A DNA stretch of 64,000 bases from Pseudomonadota bacterium (GTDB taxonomy: Bacteria > Bdellovibrionota > UBA1018 > CAIMNF01). Both the position numbers and the translations under genes were made by a program. Positions 18,405-27,213 of the stretch are shown here, one piece after another (position 1 is the first letter of the stretch; the number at the start of each line of letters is the position of its first letter). The notes beneath the pieces were generated by a model, which was given only the letters and a program-made list of their open reading frames with translations, was not told the origin of the DNA and searched no databases. Location: contig JAIXOQ010000006.1 of assembly GCA_027486675.1 (NCBI GenBank), positions 9,125 through 73,124 on the forward strand, written 5' to 3'.

Positions 18405-18928
18405 ATACTTGGGAAGATATTGAGCTTTATGAGAAGACCCGGATCAGAGAGATCAGAAAGCGGATTTTCCTCTTTGGCTCCGTGCTTCTCTTTGTTTTTG
18501 GTGTGACGGCCTACCCGCTTGCAGAAAAAAGACTGCCCTATTGGCGAATCTTGTTCGCGCTCAGGTCCGTGAATGACACCTTGGAGGCAGGCAAGGTGAT
18601 GGCATTTCAAAAGAAACAAGCCTTTCGCCTGGATATCATGCAAAAAGACGCAGAGTGGTGGGTGAGTTTCGGTGTGACCGAGCAGTGTGAAAAGCCTGTT
18701 GAATCCCCGGTAGAAAGGAGTCTGCATCTTCCCATTGCAGAATTTAGTGCGCTTCAGCATGAAGGCGTGACGCAAATGCTTTGTTTTGATTCCCAAATCC
18801 CGGTCGAATCTGACCGCCCAGCGCAAGCCTTGGCCTTTGTTCCATTCTCTGATGTGGCTTCAAAAGCCTTGGATCGAGCTGGATTTCTGATTTTTCAGCC
18901 CGCCACTGGGCAGCTCGAACTCAAGTAG
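18383..18928 (+). CDS. hypothetical single-TM protein, possibly FimT/GspH-like
   Basis: One TM followed by an amphipathic helix; between pilD and pilM. Confidence 0.6.
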   Translation: MADFETVDTWEDIELYEKTRIREIRKRIFLFGSVLLFVFGVTAYPLAEKRLPYWRILFALRSVNDTLEAGKVMAFQKKQAFRLDIMQKDAEWWVSFGVTEQCEKPVESPVERSLHLPIAEFSALQHEGVTQMLCFDSQIPVESDRPAQALAFVPFSDVASKALDRAGFLIFQPATGQLELK

Positions 18929-19012
18929 GGCGCCAACTCCGTGACGCAATCTGCACGACCGCCAAGGACTGCCGCATTGAGCTAGGTAGTTCTGTCCGAT
19001 AACCTAGGCAAG

Positions 19013-20074
19013 ATGGGGTTCTTTGATCGGTTAACTTCCGGCGTTAGCCTAGGTGGTTCGTCTTTAGTAGGTCTCAGTATCGGCGCGTCCAGCGTGAAGA
19101 TCATTGAGCTTAAAAGACGCAAAAACACCTATGAAGTCATTCGTTACGGTGCAATTCCTTTACCGGAAGCAACCGTGGTCAACCGCGACCTTGTGAATCC
19201 AATGCAAATTTCTGAAAGCATTCAGATGCTTTGGAATCAGGTAAAGCCCGGCTCTAAAGATGTGTGCATTGGTCTTTGTGGAAACAGTTTGATTGTAAAA
19301 CCCATTACGCTCGCAGTCGCGAATCCAAAAGAGCTTCAGGACCAAGTGTTCTGGGAAGCTGAGCAACACATTCCTTTTGATGTCTCCGAAGTCACAGTGG
19401 ATTACCAAGTCATCGGAAAAGATCGTGGAGATAACGTCACGGTGCTGCTCGTTGCAGCAAAGCGCGCTTTGGTAGAGCAGTATATGGAAACCACGCGGTC
19501 TTCTAAGTTAAGACCCCGAATTGTAGATGCGGAAGTATTCGCGATTCAAAATGTCTATGAGGCGAATTACGGAGTGAGGCCTGAGGCAACAGTGCTTGTT
19601 GATGTCGGCGCGCACAGCACAAAAATTGTGATCGTCGCTAATGGTCTCCCACTTTTTACGAAAGACGCCCCTTTTGGTGGTGCATCCGTAACCCAAGAAA
19701 TTCAGCGCACCTTAAATTTAACCTACAACGATGCAGAAGCACTCAAAGTGGCCGATGCCAGGCCACAAGAAGTGGTAGAAATCATTCAGCGTAGCCTTCA
19801 AAACTTAGGTTCAGATGTGCGTAAGGCCATTGATTACTATTCAGCTTCCTCGATCGGGCCCCCAATCGGATCAGTGCTTCTCAGTGGTGGAGCCATCAAG
19901 GGTTTGGGCACCTCAGGAATCGTCGAAGAGATTTGCGCTGTGCCTACTCAAATTCTAAATCCGTTTCAGAACGTCATCGCTGGCCCGGATCTTCAGCCGG
20001 ACTTTTTACAGATGAATGCATCTTTTATGGTGGTCCCTATGGGGCTCGCCATCCGCGCGGGTGAATCTGCATGA
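19013..20074 (+). CDS. pilM: type IV pilus assembly protein PilM
   Basis: Actin-like fold, EAEQHIPFD, DVGA, LSGG, GLA motifs. Confidence 0.94.
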   Translation: MGFFDRLTSGVSLGGSSLVGLSIGASSVKIIELKRRKNTYEVIRYGAIPLPEATVVNRDLVNPMQISESIQMLWNQVKPGSKDVCIGLCGNSLIVKPITLAVANPKELQDQVFWEAEQHIPFDVSEVTVDYQVIGKDRGDNVTVLLVAAKRALVEQYMETTRSSKLRPRIVDAEVFAIQNVYEANYGVRPEATVLVDVGAHSTKIVIVANGLPLFTKDAPFGGASVTQEIQRTLNLTYNDAEALKVADARPQEVVEIIQRSLQNLGSDVRKAIDYYSASSIGPPIGSVLLSGGAIKGLGTSGIVEEICAVPTQILNPFQNVIAGPDLQPDFLQMNASFMVVPMGLAIRAGESA

Positions 20075-20667
20075 TCAAGATCAACCTGGCTAAAATGCGA
20101 AGGCTGGATGCAGCTGATGCGGGCGGAAAGCCCGCGCGCATCGGAAGTGCAATGGCGGGCGACGATGTACGAGCACTCCTGCTGAATGTTCTTGCTCCGC
20201 TTGCGGTCGGGATTGGGATCTTCTTTGCTGATCTTTGGTATGAGGAAATGCGGAAAGAAGAGTTTGCGGCGGAAATTGCAGCAATAACTCAAGAAAAGAC
20301 CAAGAAAGAGCTCGAGCTCAAAAAGCTTGAAGGGTACGAAGCGCAGAAGCTTGAGATCGAGCGGACTGAGCTGGTTCTTAAAACCAAGATCGATGCGATT
20401 GAAACTTTGATGAAGCGCAGGGACTACCCCTCCCGGTCGCTGGTTTCACTCTCCCGGATCATGGTGGAAGATATTTGGCTCAATAAAATCAGTCTTCAGG
20501 GCGAGACGATGTCCTTGAGTGGAGTGATGCTTGACGTAGGGTTGATTAGTCCAATGATGAGCCGTCTTGAAGAATCCAATTATTTTAAAGAAGTTCTTCT
20601 TAAAAATTCGAAACTGGATGCGGACAGCATCAAAAACACTTTTGAGCTTGAGGCAAAGCGCGAATGA
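20071..20667 (+). CDS. pilN: PilN
   Basis: MIKINL N-terminus, TM, coiled coil; synteny. Confidence 0.88.
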   Translation: MIKINLAKMRRLDAADAGGKPARIGSAMAGDDVRALLLNVLAPLAVGIGIFFADLWYEEMRKEEFAAEIAAITQEKTKKELELKKLEGYEAQKLEIERTELVLKTKIDAIETLMKRRDYPSRSLVSLSRIMVEDIWLNKISLQGETMSLSGVMLDVGLISPMMSRLEESNYFKEVLLKNSKLDADSIKNTFELEAKRE

Positions 20668-21269
20668 TCCAGGCCATCACTAAAATCCCATTCTGGTTGT
20701 TCGTAGCCATGTTCGCAACCTGGATGGGCTATGGTCTATACCAGTTTGAATTCGCTGCAGACGGTGCTCATGCTCAACACACGACCCAGATCGCCGCTAT
20801 TCAAACTGAAATCAACACCATTAAAGAAAAGATCGTTCAAGCAGAGGAGTTCTTTAAGAAGCTTGAAGCGAAGAAACAAGATCTCAAGCTTTTGATGTCG
20901 CGTCTGACTGAATTGCAGGTGACACTCTCCGAAACTCTGGAAGTTCCGGCACTGGTGAACCTGCTTGTGAATGAGTCAAACGCCGTAGGAATTCGAATTG
21001 AAAAGATCGAGCCGGGAGAGGTCAGCAAAAAAGACTTCACAATCGAGCGTGAATTTAAACTCACTGTACGCGGGACCTATTCACAGATCGTCTATTTCCT
21101 AGAAAAGCTGGCTACAGTGAAAAGGATCATCCGTGTAGAGGGTTTTGACTTAAAGCCTCGCAATCCCTCTACTTCGAAGTACATCATCACGGAAGCGAAC
21201 CTTTCTGTGCGTGCCTACCAGTACGCGTTAGATAAAGCGGATGATATTTTAAAAGGAGCAAAGCCATGA
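20664..21269 (+). CDS. pilO: PilO
   Basis: TM, coiled coil, GTYSQI...RII; synteny. Confidence 0.88.
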   Translation: MIQAITKIPFWLFVAMFATWMGYGLYQFEFAADGAHAQHTTQIAAIQTEINTIKEKIVQAEEFFKKLEAKKQDLKLLMSRLTELQVTLSETLEVPALVNLLVNESNAVGIRIEKIEPGEVSKKDFTIEREFKLTVRGTYSQIVYFLEKLATVKRIIRVEGFDLKPRNPSTSKYIITEANLSVRAYQYALDKADDILKGAKP

Positions 21270-21715
21270 TGCCTCTCCTTTTTATCCTGGTTAAGGCTCA
21301 CGCTGCTGCACCGATCGATACGGTAGAAAGCCTCAGCAGCGCTTTGACTATAGAAGTCATTCAGGGACTAAGAGACCCATTTCGTATTTCGCCCAATGCA
21401 GAAAAGAAGGTGACCCCAAAGACAGAGCTTGAGTCCTTCAACTTAAGTGAAATGAAACTTACGGGAGTGATCACTGGGCCAAACCATATGATTGCGATCG
21501 TTGTGGCTCCGACTGGAAAAACCTTCTTTGTAAAACGGTATGAACGTTTAGGTCAGAATGGCGGACGGGTAACCGCAATCCGTCCTGATGCAATTGTCAT
21601 CGAAGAGCAGGGCATGAACGCAATAGGGAAACCGGAGATCGAAAGATTCGAACTTCAGGTCGATGGGCGCTTAACGCCGCAATCGGAATTGACCACGGAT
21701 GGGAGACGAGGATGA
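21266..21715 (+). CDS. pilP: PilP
   Basis: RDPF, LESF.L..MKLTGVI, LGQNGG. Confidence 0.88.
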   Translation: MMPLLFILVKAHAAAPIDTVESLSSALTIEVIQGLRDPFRISPNAEKKVTPKTELESFNLSEMKLTGVITGPNHMIAIVVAPTGKTFFVKRYERLGQNGGRVTAIRPDAIVIEEQGMNAIGKPEIERFELQVDGRLTPQSELTTDGRRG

Positions 21716-23193
21716 GTTCGCAAGCACGGAAATTTCTATTGCCAAGATTATTGGGTGCAACCCTTGCATTGGTTCTGCTGACAATCGCGCAGAAAGTGCG
21801 TGCCGAAGAGCCTGTTGCGCAGTTTGCAAAGGCCCTTGAGGAAAAGAAATTCACAGGTAAGCCCATCACGCTGAATGTCAAGGACGCAGACGTGACTGAT
21901 GTCCTGCGCGTCATTGGAGATGCAAGCGGGTTTAACATCATCATTCACCCAGGTGTGACCGGGAAAATCACGATCACCCTCATTCAGGTTCCTTGGGATC
22001 AGGCATTAGATGTCGTTTTACAAACCTTACGTCTGAGCGCGGAGCGGAATCAGTCGGTCCTAAGAGTGGTGCCCTCCGACCTCATGATCGCGGAAAAGAA
22101 GGCAGAGCTAGACACCAAGCTCGCAGCGCAAGCGTCTGAGCCTCGAGTCACTCGCATCTTTCCGATCTCCTTCGCAGACCCGTCTGAATTGGTAAAAATT
22201 TTAGATACTTACGGTGTAGCAGAAACCGGGAACAATCCTAACGTCATCAAGCCGGTGATCACAGTGGATAAAACGACAAGTTCAATCGTGATTCGCGATA
22301 TCGCGCAGAACGTAGAGCGTATGAAACGTCTTATTGAACTTTTAGATGTGCAGATCCCACAGGTTTTGGTGGAAGCGAAGATCGTCGAAGCTTCTGAGGA
22401 TTTTGGAAAAACCTTTGGCGGAAACGCCGGTCTATTTAATTCGCAAGATTCAACTATCGGTAATGGACGATTCTTGAGCTCATTTTCTGGCGCAAATCCC
22501 GTAGACCGCCTGATCGGGGATCCAGCTGCAGTGGGCGGAATCGCGGCAACGACGATTCCGACGCCCGGGGTCTTTCAAGGGGGTCCTGCCCTTTCAGCCG
22601 CATCTGCCAATGGTGGGACGATCGCGGCTTCTCCGGTGCTAGCGATCTTTGGATCAACTCGTGTAGCTGCTGCTCTTCAGATGGGTGAAAGCGAAAGTAA
22701 AGTGAATGTAATTTCTTCGCCCCGCACGGTCGTCTTAAGCGGGAAGTCAGCCACGGTGAACCAAGTCACCGCTCGGACCATTCCTAATACAGTCGTAACG
22801 GTAGGGGTAGCCCAAACAACATTCACGTCCGTAACAGCCAACTTGAAACTCAATGTCACGCCCCGTGTCACAAACGAAGGTAGCGTCATGATGCAGCTCA
22901 GTATTCAAAAGGACGTTTTAGAAGGCGGGAACGGTAGCAGTCTTCCGCCATCGGTAGCACCACGGACCATGAATACCGAAGTCTTGGTCGATAGCGGTTA
23001 TACCTTAGTGATCGGCGGCATTCTGTCTTCTGACAGCTTAGATGCAGAAGGGGGATTTCCTTTCTTAAGAAAGATCCCTATTTTAGGAACCTTTTTTGGC
23101 AATACCTCTCAATCTAAATCCCGCAAAGAACTCATGTTCTTTGTCACGCCTCGTATCCTAAACTCTAAACGTGCAGGTGTGGGGACGGGCTGA
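21712..23193 (+). CDS. pilQ: type IV pilus secretin PilQ (compact)
   Basis: FTGKPITLN, VPWDQALD, QVLVEAKIVE, PFLRKIPILG, ELMFFVTPRI. Confidence 0.93.
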   Translation: MSSQARKFLLPRLLGATLALVLLTIAQKVRAEEPVAQFAKALEEKKFTGKPITLNVKDADVTDVLRVIGDASGFNIIIHPGVTGKITITLIQVPWDQALDVVLQTLRLSAERNQSVLRVVPSDLMIAEKKAELDTKLAAQASEPRVTRIFPISFADPSELVKILDTYGVAETGNNPNVIKPVITVDKTTSSIVIRDIAQNVERMKRLIELLDVQIPQVLVEAKIVEASEDFGKTFGGNAGLFNSQDSTIGNGRFLSSFSGANPVDRLIGDPAAVGGIAATTIPTPGVFQGGPALSAASANGGTIAASPVLAIFGSTRVAAALQMGESESKVNVISSPRTVVLSGKSATVNQVTARTIPNTVVTVGVAQTTFTSVTANLKLNVTPRVTNEGSVMMQLSIQKDVLEGGNGSSLPPSVAPRTMNTEVLVDSGYTLVIGGILSSDSLDAEGGFPFLRKIPILGTFFGNTSQSKSRKELMFFVTPRILNSKRAGVGTG

Positions 23194-23789
23194 TGTTTAA
23201 GCGTCCGACAGTAGTCGGCAATCCACAGATTTATCATTTTCTGAAACGCTATCAGGACGACCCTGAGTCCCGCGTGTTTGCGCCCCTTGCTGAGGCCTAC
23301 CGTAAGGCTGGCCTCCCCCGTGAAGCCTTGGACATCGCCCGTGATGGTGTCCGTATGCATCCGCATTTTATGGGCGGGCGGGTAGCATTGGCCCGCGCGC
23401 TTTTTGACCTTGGAAAATATGAAGAAGTGATCCGTGAACTCGAATTTGTTGTCCGGGATGCCCCAGATAACATCATTGCTCAAAGGGTCCTTGCTGAGAG
23501 TTATCTGATCACTCACCGCAGTGTGGCGGCGCTCAATTGCTATAAAATGCTGCTGTATTTTGCGCCCCAGGATGAAGAAGTGGCCCGCATGGTCACTGAA
23601 CTTGAAACCAAGGCCTACGAAGACGGAGCCTTGGTGCTTGAGGATAAAGTGCATCTGGCACCGGCTCCAGGCGCAGGTCGCAGATCAACCGACGGGGTCA
23701 GTAAGACCGCCTGGATCTGGAAGGTCGAGCAGCTCCAGACCATGCTGCTTAAATTATCGCAATTGAAGTCAGCTCGCCTCTCAAGTTGA
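23193..23789 (+). CDS. tetratricopeptide repeat protein
   Basis: SRVFAPLAEAYRKAG and TPR helical pattern. Confidence 0.8.
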   Translation: MFKRPTVVGNPQIYHFLKRYQDDPESRVFAPLAEAYRKAGLPREALDIARDGVRMHPHFMGGRVALARALFDLGKYEEVIRELEFVVRDAPDNIIAQRVLAESYLITHRSVAALNCYKMLLYFAPQDEEVARMVTELETKAYEDGALVLEDKVHLAPAPGAGRRSTDGVSKTAWIWKVEQLQTMLLKLSQLKSARLSS

Positions 23790-23823
23790 CGGACTGATGC
23801 TTCGGGCCTGAAGCTAATCCGAT

Positions 23824-24396
23824 ATGTCCTCGGTATACGCGACTAATCAATTTAAGAAGAACGTTAAACTTGAGATCGACGGGATTCCCTACCAGATCGT
23901 GGACTTCCAGCATGTCAGTCCAGGCAAGGGCAGTGCGTTTACACGCACAAAGTTAAAAAACCTCCTGAACCAGAACGTCATCGAGATGACTTTTAAGTCA
24001 GGTGAAAAAATTGCTGCCGCAAATACCGAGATGAAGCAGATGCAGTATCTATACAAAGATAACGACGGGTACACCTTTATGGACACAACCAGCTACGAGC
24101 AAGTGGCGCTCAGTGAGGCCCAGCTGGGCGACAATGTGGGCTTCCTCCAAGAGAACCTTCAGATTCAGGTTCTCTATTATAACGACCGCCCGATCACGGT
24201 CGAACTGCCTACGTTCGTTGATTTAAAAATTGTTCAAACTGACCCCGTATTTCGCGGGGATACAGTCACGGGTGGAACTAAACCCGCGAAACTTGAAACT
24301 GGAGCAACGGTTAGCGTTCCTTTCCATATTTTGGAAGGCGATGTCATCAAAGTAGATACACGGGATTCTTCATATGTCGAAAAAGTCAGCCGCTAA
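23824..24396 (+). CDS. efp: elongation factor P
   Basis: HVSPGKGSAF, GDT...KPAKLETG, VDTR. Confidence 0.97.
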   Translation: MSSVYATNQFKKNVKLEIDGIPYQIVDFQHVSPGKGSAFTRTKLKNLLNQNVIEMTFKSGEKIAAANTEMKQMQYLYKDNDGYTFMDTTSYEQVALSEAQLGDNVGFLQENLQIQVLYYNDRPITVELPTFVDLKIVQTDPVFRGDTVTGGTKPAKLETGATVSVPFHILEGDVIKVDTRDSSYVEKVSR

Positions 24397-24910
24397 ATCT
24401 AAGTCTAGTCAAAAAGCCACAACCTCCACTCCGGCCAGGAAGTTGGGCATCGGCCCAAGTGAACTCTCGGATCTTGTCGATTTCTTAAAAGAAAAAGGCG
24501 TCGTCGAATTCGAGTGGAGCCGCGGGGATGAACGGGTGGTTCTTAAAACCGGCCACACCCACACAGCCCAGCACATGCATGCGCCCATGAACCTGATGCA
24601 TCAGCAACCAGGGGCTCTTCAGGCTCCTGCGACGGCAGAAGTGACTGCTCCTGCCGAAAATCCTGCACACAAAAAGGTCTTATCTCCTTTTGTGGGAACC
24701 TTTTATCGCTCACCTTCTCCAACCAGTCCTTCTTATGCGGATCCGGGAAAGCGCATCAAAGTAGGAGATACATTGTGCATTGTTGAAGCGATGAAACTGA
24801 TGAATGAGATTGAAGCTGAATTTGCTGGAACAGTTCTACAAGTGCTTGTCGAAAATGGGCAGGCTGTCGAATTCGGCGAGCCCCTCTTTATCCTCGATAC
24901 ATCCAATTAA
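24374..24910 (+). CDS. accB: acetyl-CoA carboxylase biotin carboxyl carrier protein
   Basis: [22 protein letters not shown]. Confidence 0.96.
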   Translation: MSKKSAAKSKSSQKATTSTPARKLGIGPSELSDLVDFLKEKGVVEFEWSRGDERVVLKTGHTHTAQHMHAPMNLMHQQPGALQAPATAEVTAPAENPAHKKVLSPFVGTFYRSPSPTSPSYADPGKRIKVGDTLCIVEAMKLMNEIEAEFAGTVLQVLVENGQAVEFGEPLFILDTSN

Positions 24911-24924
24911 GGCGGTCAAAAGCG

Positions 24925-26280
24925 GTGTTCAAAAAGATTCTAATCGCAAATCGAGGCGAGATTGCACTGCGGGTGATCAGAGCTTGTCGTGAGCTGGGTG
25001 TGAAGACCGTAGCAGTCTATTCAACAGCTGATGAATCTTCCTTGCATGTGAAGCTTGCAGATGAAGCAGTTTGTATTGGGCCTCCTTCTTCTAAACTCAG
25101 CTACCTGAACATGATGAGTGTGCTCTCCGCCGCACAAGTGACAGGTGCAGACGCAGTCCACCCCGGGTACGGGTTTCTTTCTGAGAACTACGAATTCGCA
25201 CGCTTAGTGCGCGAATGCGGGCTGACCTTCATCGGACCAACCCCTGAGAACATCGAAGCGATGGGTGAAAAAACGCGGGCGCGCGCTTGGGCACGGCAGG
25301 CGGGTGTGCCCATGTTACCGGGTACTTTAAGTGCCGTCGCAGATGTCGAGGAAGCAGTCGCAGCTTCGGAGAAAATTGGATTCCCGGTGATCCTTAAGGC
25401 AGCCGCAGGAGGTGGAGGTCGAGGGATCTTTATCATCCGGAGTGCCAAAGATCTTAAAGATTCTTTTCAGCGATGCAGCGAGGAAGCAAAAGCTGCATTC
25501 AATGATGGATCCCTGTACGTAGAAAAATTTTGTACCCAGCCAAGACACGTTGAAATTCAGGTCGCTTGCGACAACTTTGGGAATCGGATCCATCTGGGCG
25601 AACGGGATTGCACCGTGCAGCGCCGCCATCAAAAGTTGATCGAAGAATCACCTTCGCCTGTTTTAACCGCGAAAATCCGAGACCAAATGGGCAAGGCCGC
25701 GATTGCGCTTTGCAAACAGGTGGATTACCGCAATGTAGGGACTGTTGAATTCTTGGTCGACGAAGACTTGCAGTTTTACTTCATGGAGATGAATACACGC
25801 ATTCAGGTGGAGCATCCAGTGACTGAGGAGGTCACAGGTGTTGATCTCATGAAGGAACAGATTCGCATCGCTGCGGGACACAAGCTTTCAAGAACGCAGG
25901 AAGAGATCAAGCTTACGGGCCATAGCATCGAGGTTCGAATCAATGCTGAAGATCCAACGACGTTTGCCCCGTCCCCTGGGAAGATTCAGGCCCTTCACCT
26001 ACCGGGTGGGAACGGCGTACGTATTGACTCATTTATCTACAATCAGTACAAAATCGTTCCGTTCTACGACTCACTGATCTCAAAACTGATCGTTCATGCC
26101 GCGACGCGTGAAGAAGCTGTGCTGAAGATGCGCCAAGCTTTAGACGAATATCGAGTTGAAGGTGTGAAGACGACCATTCCCCTCTTCCGTCAGATTTTTG
26201 ATGACCCAGTTTTTCGGTCCGGTCACTACTCCACACGCTTTATTGAGGAGTTTTTAGCACGTACGCCTCCACAACAGTAA
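24925..26280 (+). CDS. accC: biotin carboxylase
   Basis: ANRGEIA, HPGYGFLSEN, EMNTRIQVEH. Confidence 0.97.
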   Translation: MFKKILIANRGEIALRVIRACRELGVKTVAVYSTADESSLHVKLADEAVCIGPPSSKLSYLNMMSVLSAAQVTGADAVHPGYGFLSENYEFARLVRECGLTFIGPTPENIEAMGEKTRARAWARQAGVPMLPGTLSAVADVEEAVAASEKIGFPVILKAAAGGGGRGIFIIRSAKDLKDSFQRCSEEAKAAFNDGSLYVEKFCTQPRHVEIQVACDNFGNRIHLGERDCTVQRRHQKLIEESPSPVLTAKIRDQMGKAAIALCKQVDYRNVGTVEFLVDEDLQFYFMEMNTRIQVEHPVTEEVTGVDLMKEQIRIAAGHKLSRTQEEIKLTGHSIEVRINAEDPTTFAPSPGKIQALHLPGGNGVRIDSFIYNQYKIVPFYDSLISKLIVHAATREEAVLKMRQALDEYRVEGVKTTIPLFRQIFDDPVFRSGHYSTRFIEEFLARTPPQQ

Positions 26281-26307
26281 ACTGTTAGGAGGAGCAACTG
26301 ACCCCAC

Positions 26308-27213
26308 GTGGAAGATCAAAATAAATCCGGAACATTCGTCGACCTCGGTGAGGACCTTCTTGGGAATTCGTCGGTCACAGTTCAGGTAGAACTTCCAAAG
26401 ATTGAAGCGCCGCCACCATCGCCTCCGCCTCCTGCGAATACAGTTACTGAGTTGAAGACTGAAGTTGAATTTTCTATTCAGCCGGAACCCGAGACCCCAG
26501 ACCGCATCGTCGAAGATGCTCGAATTCTGGTCGAAGAATTCCTTATTGATGAAGCAAAGAAGAAACTTTTTCAGGTCCTTCGCGTGGACCCCACACACTT
26601 AGGTGCAGTCGCTCTGCTGTCCGAAATTCGCATGCGTGAGTTAGATGAATTGCAGCATGAAGGAGCGGTCCCAGATCGGCGAAAGAATGCGCGTCCGCTC
26701 GAATCGAGTGTTGCAGTGATTCGGAAGCTCGAGAAAGATTTTGGTTTTTCTGCAGAACCACATCATTCTCCTCGTGAAGTCTTTCGAGTCTCTACAGACC
26801 AGACGATGCAAGGGCTAGATCGTTTTGACCTGATGATCGCGTTCTTTGAAATGGACTGCTTGGCTGATGCTTTAAGGGAGGCTAGAAGGATTGAGCGAGA
26901 CTTACTCATGGTTCAGGGTGACCTCGGTATTCACGGTCTAGTGATCAAAGAAATCGAAGGTCGCTCCCTCCTTTCGCTGAATCAACCTTTTGAGGCGCAG
27001 CTTGTGGTTTTAGAGGCTTTGCAAGCCACTGAATATGACTTGGAACAAAAGTTGAGTCTCATGGTGCTTGCCGCAGAGATTGAAGAGGCCCTTGAGAACT
27101 GGTCCGGCGCTTTAGGCTGGTACACTCGTATCCTTCAAAAAGACGTAAACTACCGGGACATAGCCCAGAGGTATAAAGTTCTACGGAAGAGTGATGCTTC
27201 GAAGAAGAATTAA
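26308..27213 (+). CDS. hypothetical TPR-like protein
   Basis: Pro-rich linker, helical repeats, D.NYRD...R C-terminal pattern. Confidence 0.65.
   Translation: MEDQNKSGTFVDLGEDLLGNSSVTVQVELPKIEAPPPSPPPPANTVTELKTEVEFSIQPEPETPDRIVEDARILVEEFLIDEAKKKLFQVLRVDPTHLGAVALLSEIRMRELDELQHEGAVPDRRKNARPLESSVAVIRKLEKDFGFSAEPHHSPREVFRVSTDQTMQGLDRFDLMIAFFEMDCLADALREARRIERDLLMVQGDLGIHGLVIKEIEGRSLLSLNQPFEAQLVVLEALQATEYDLEQKLSLMVLAAEIEEALENWSGALGWYTRILQKDVNYRDIAQRYKVLRKSDASKKN

Noticed and set aside
18977..19002. FliA-like promoter before pilM (TTGAG...TCCGATAA)
   Set aside because: Good -10 but poor -35 and spacing; too weak to call
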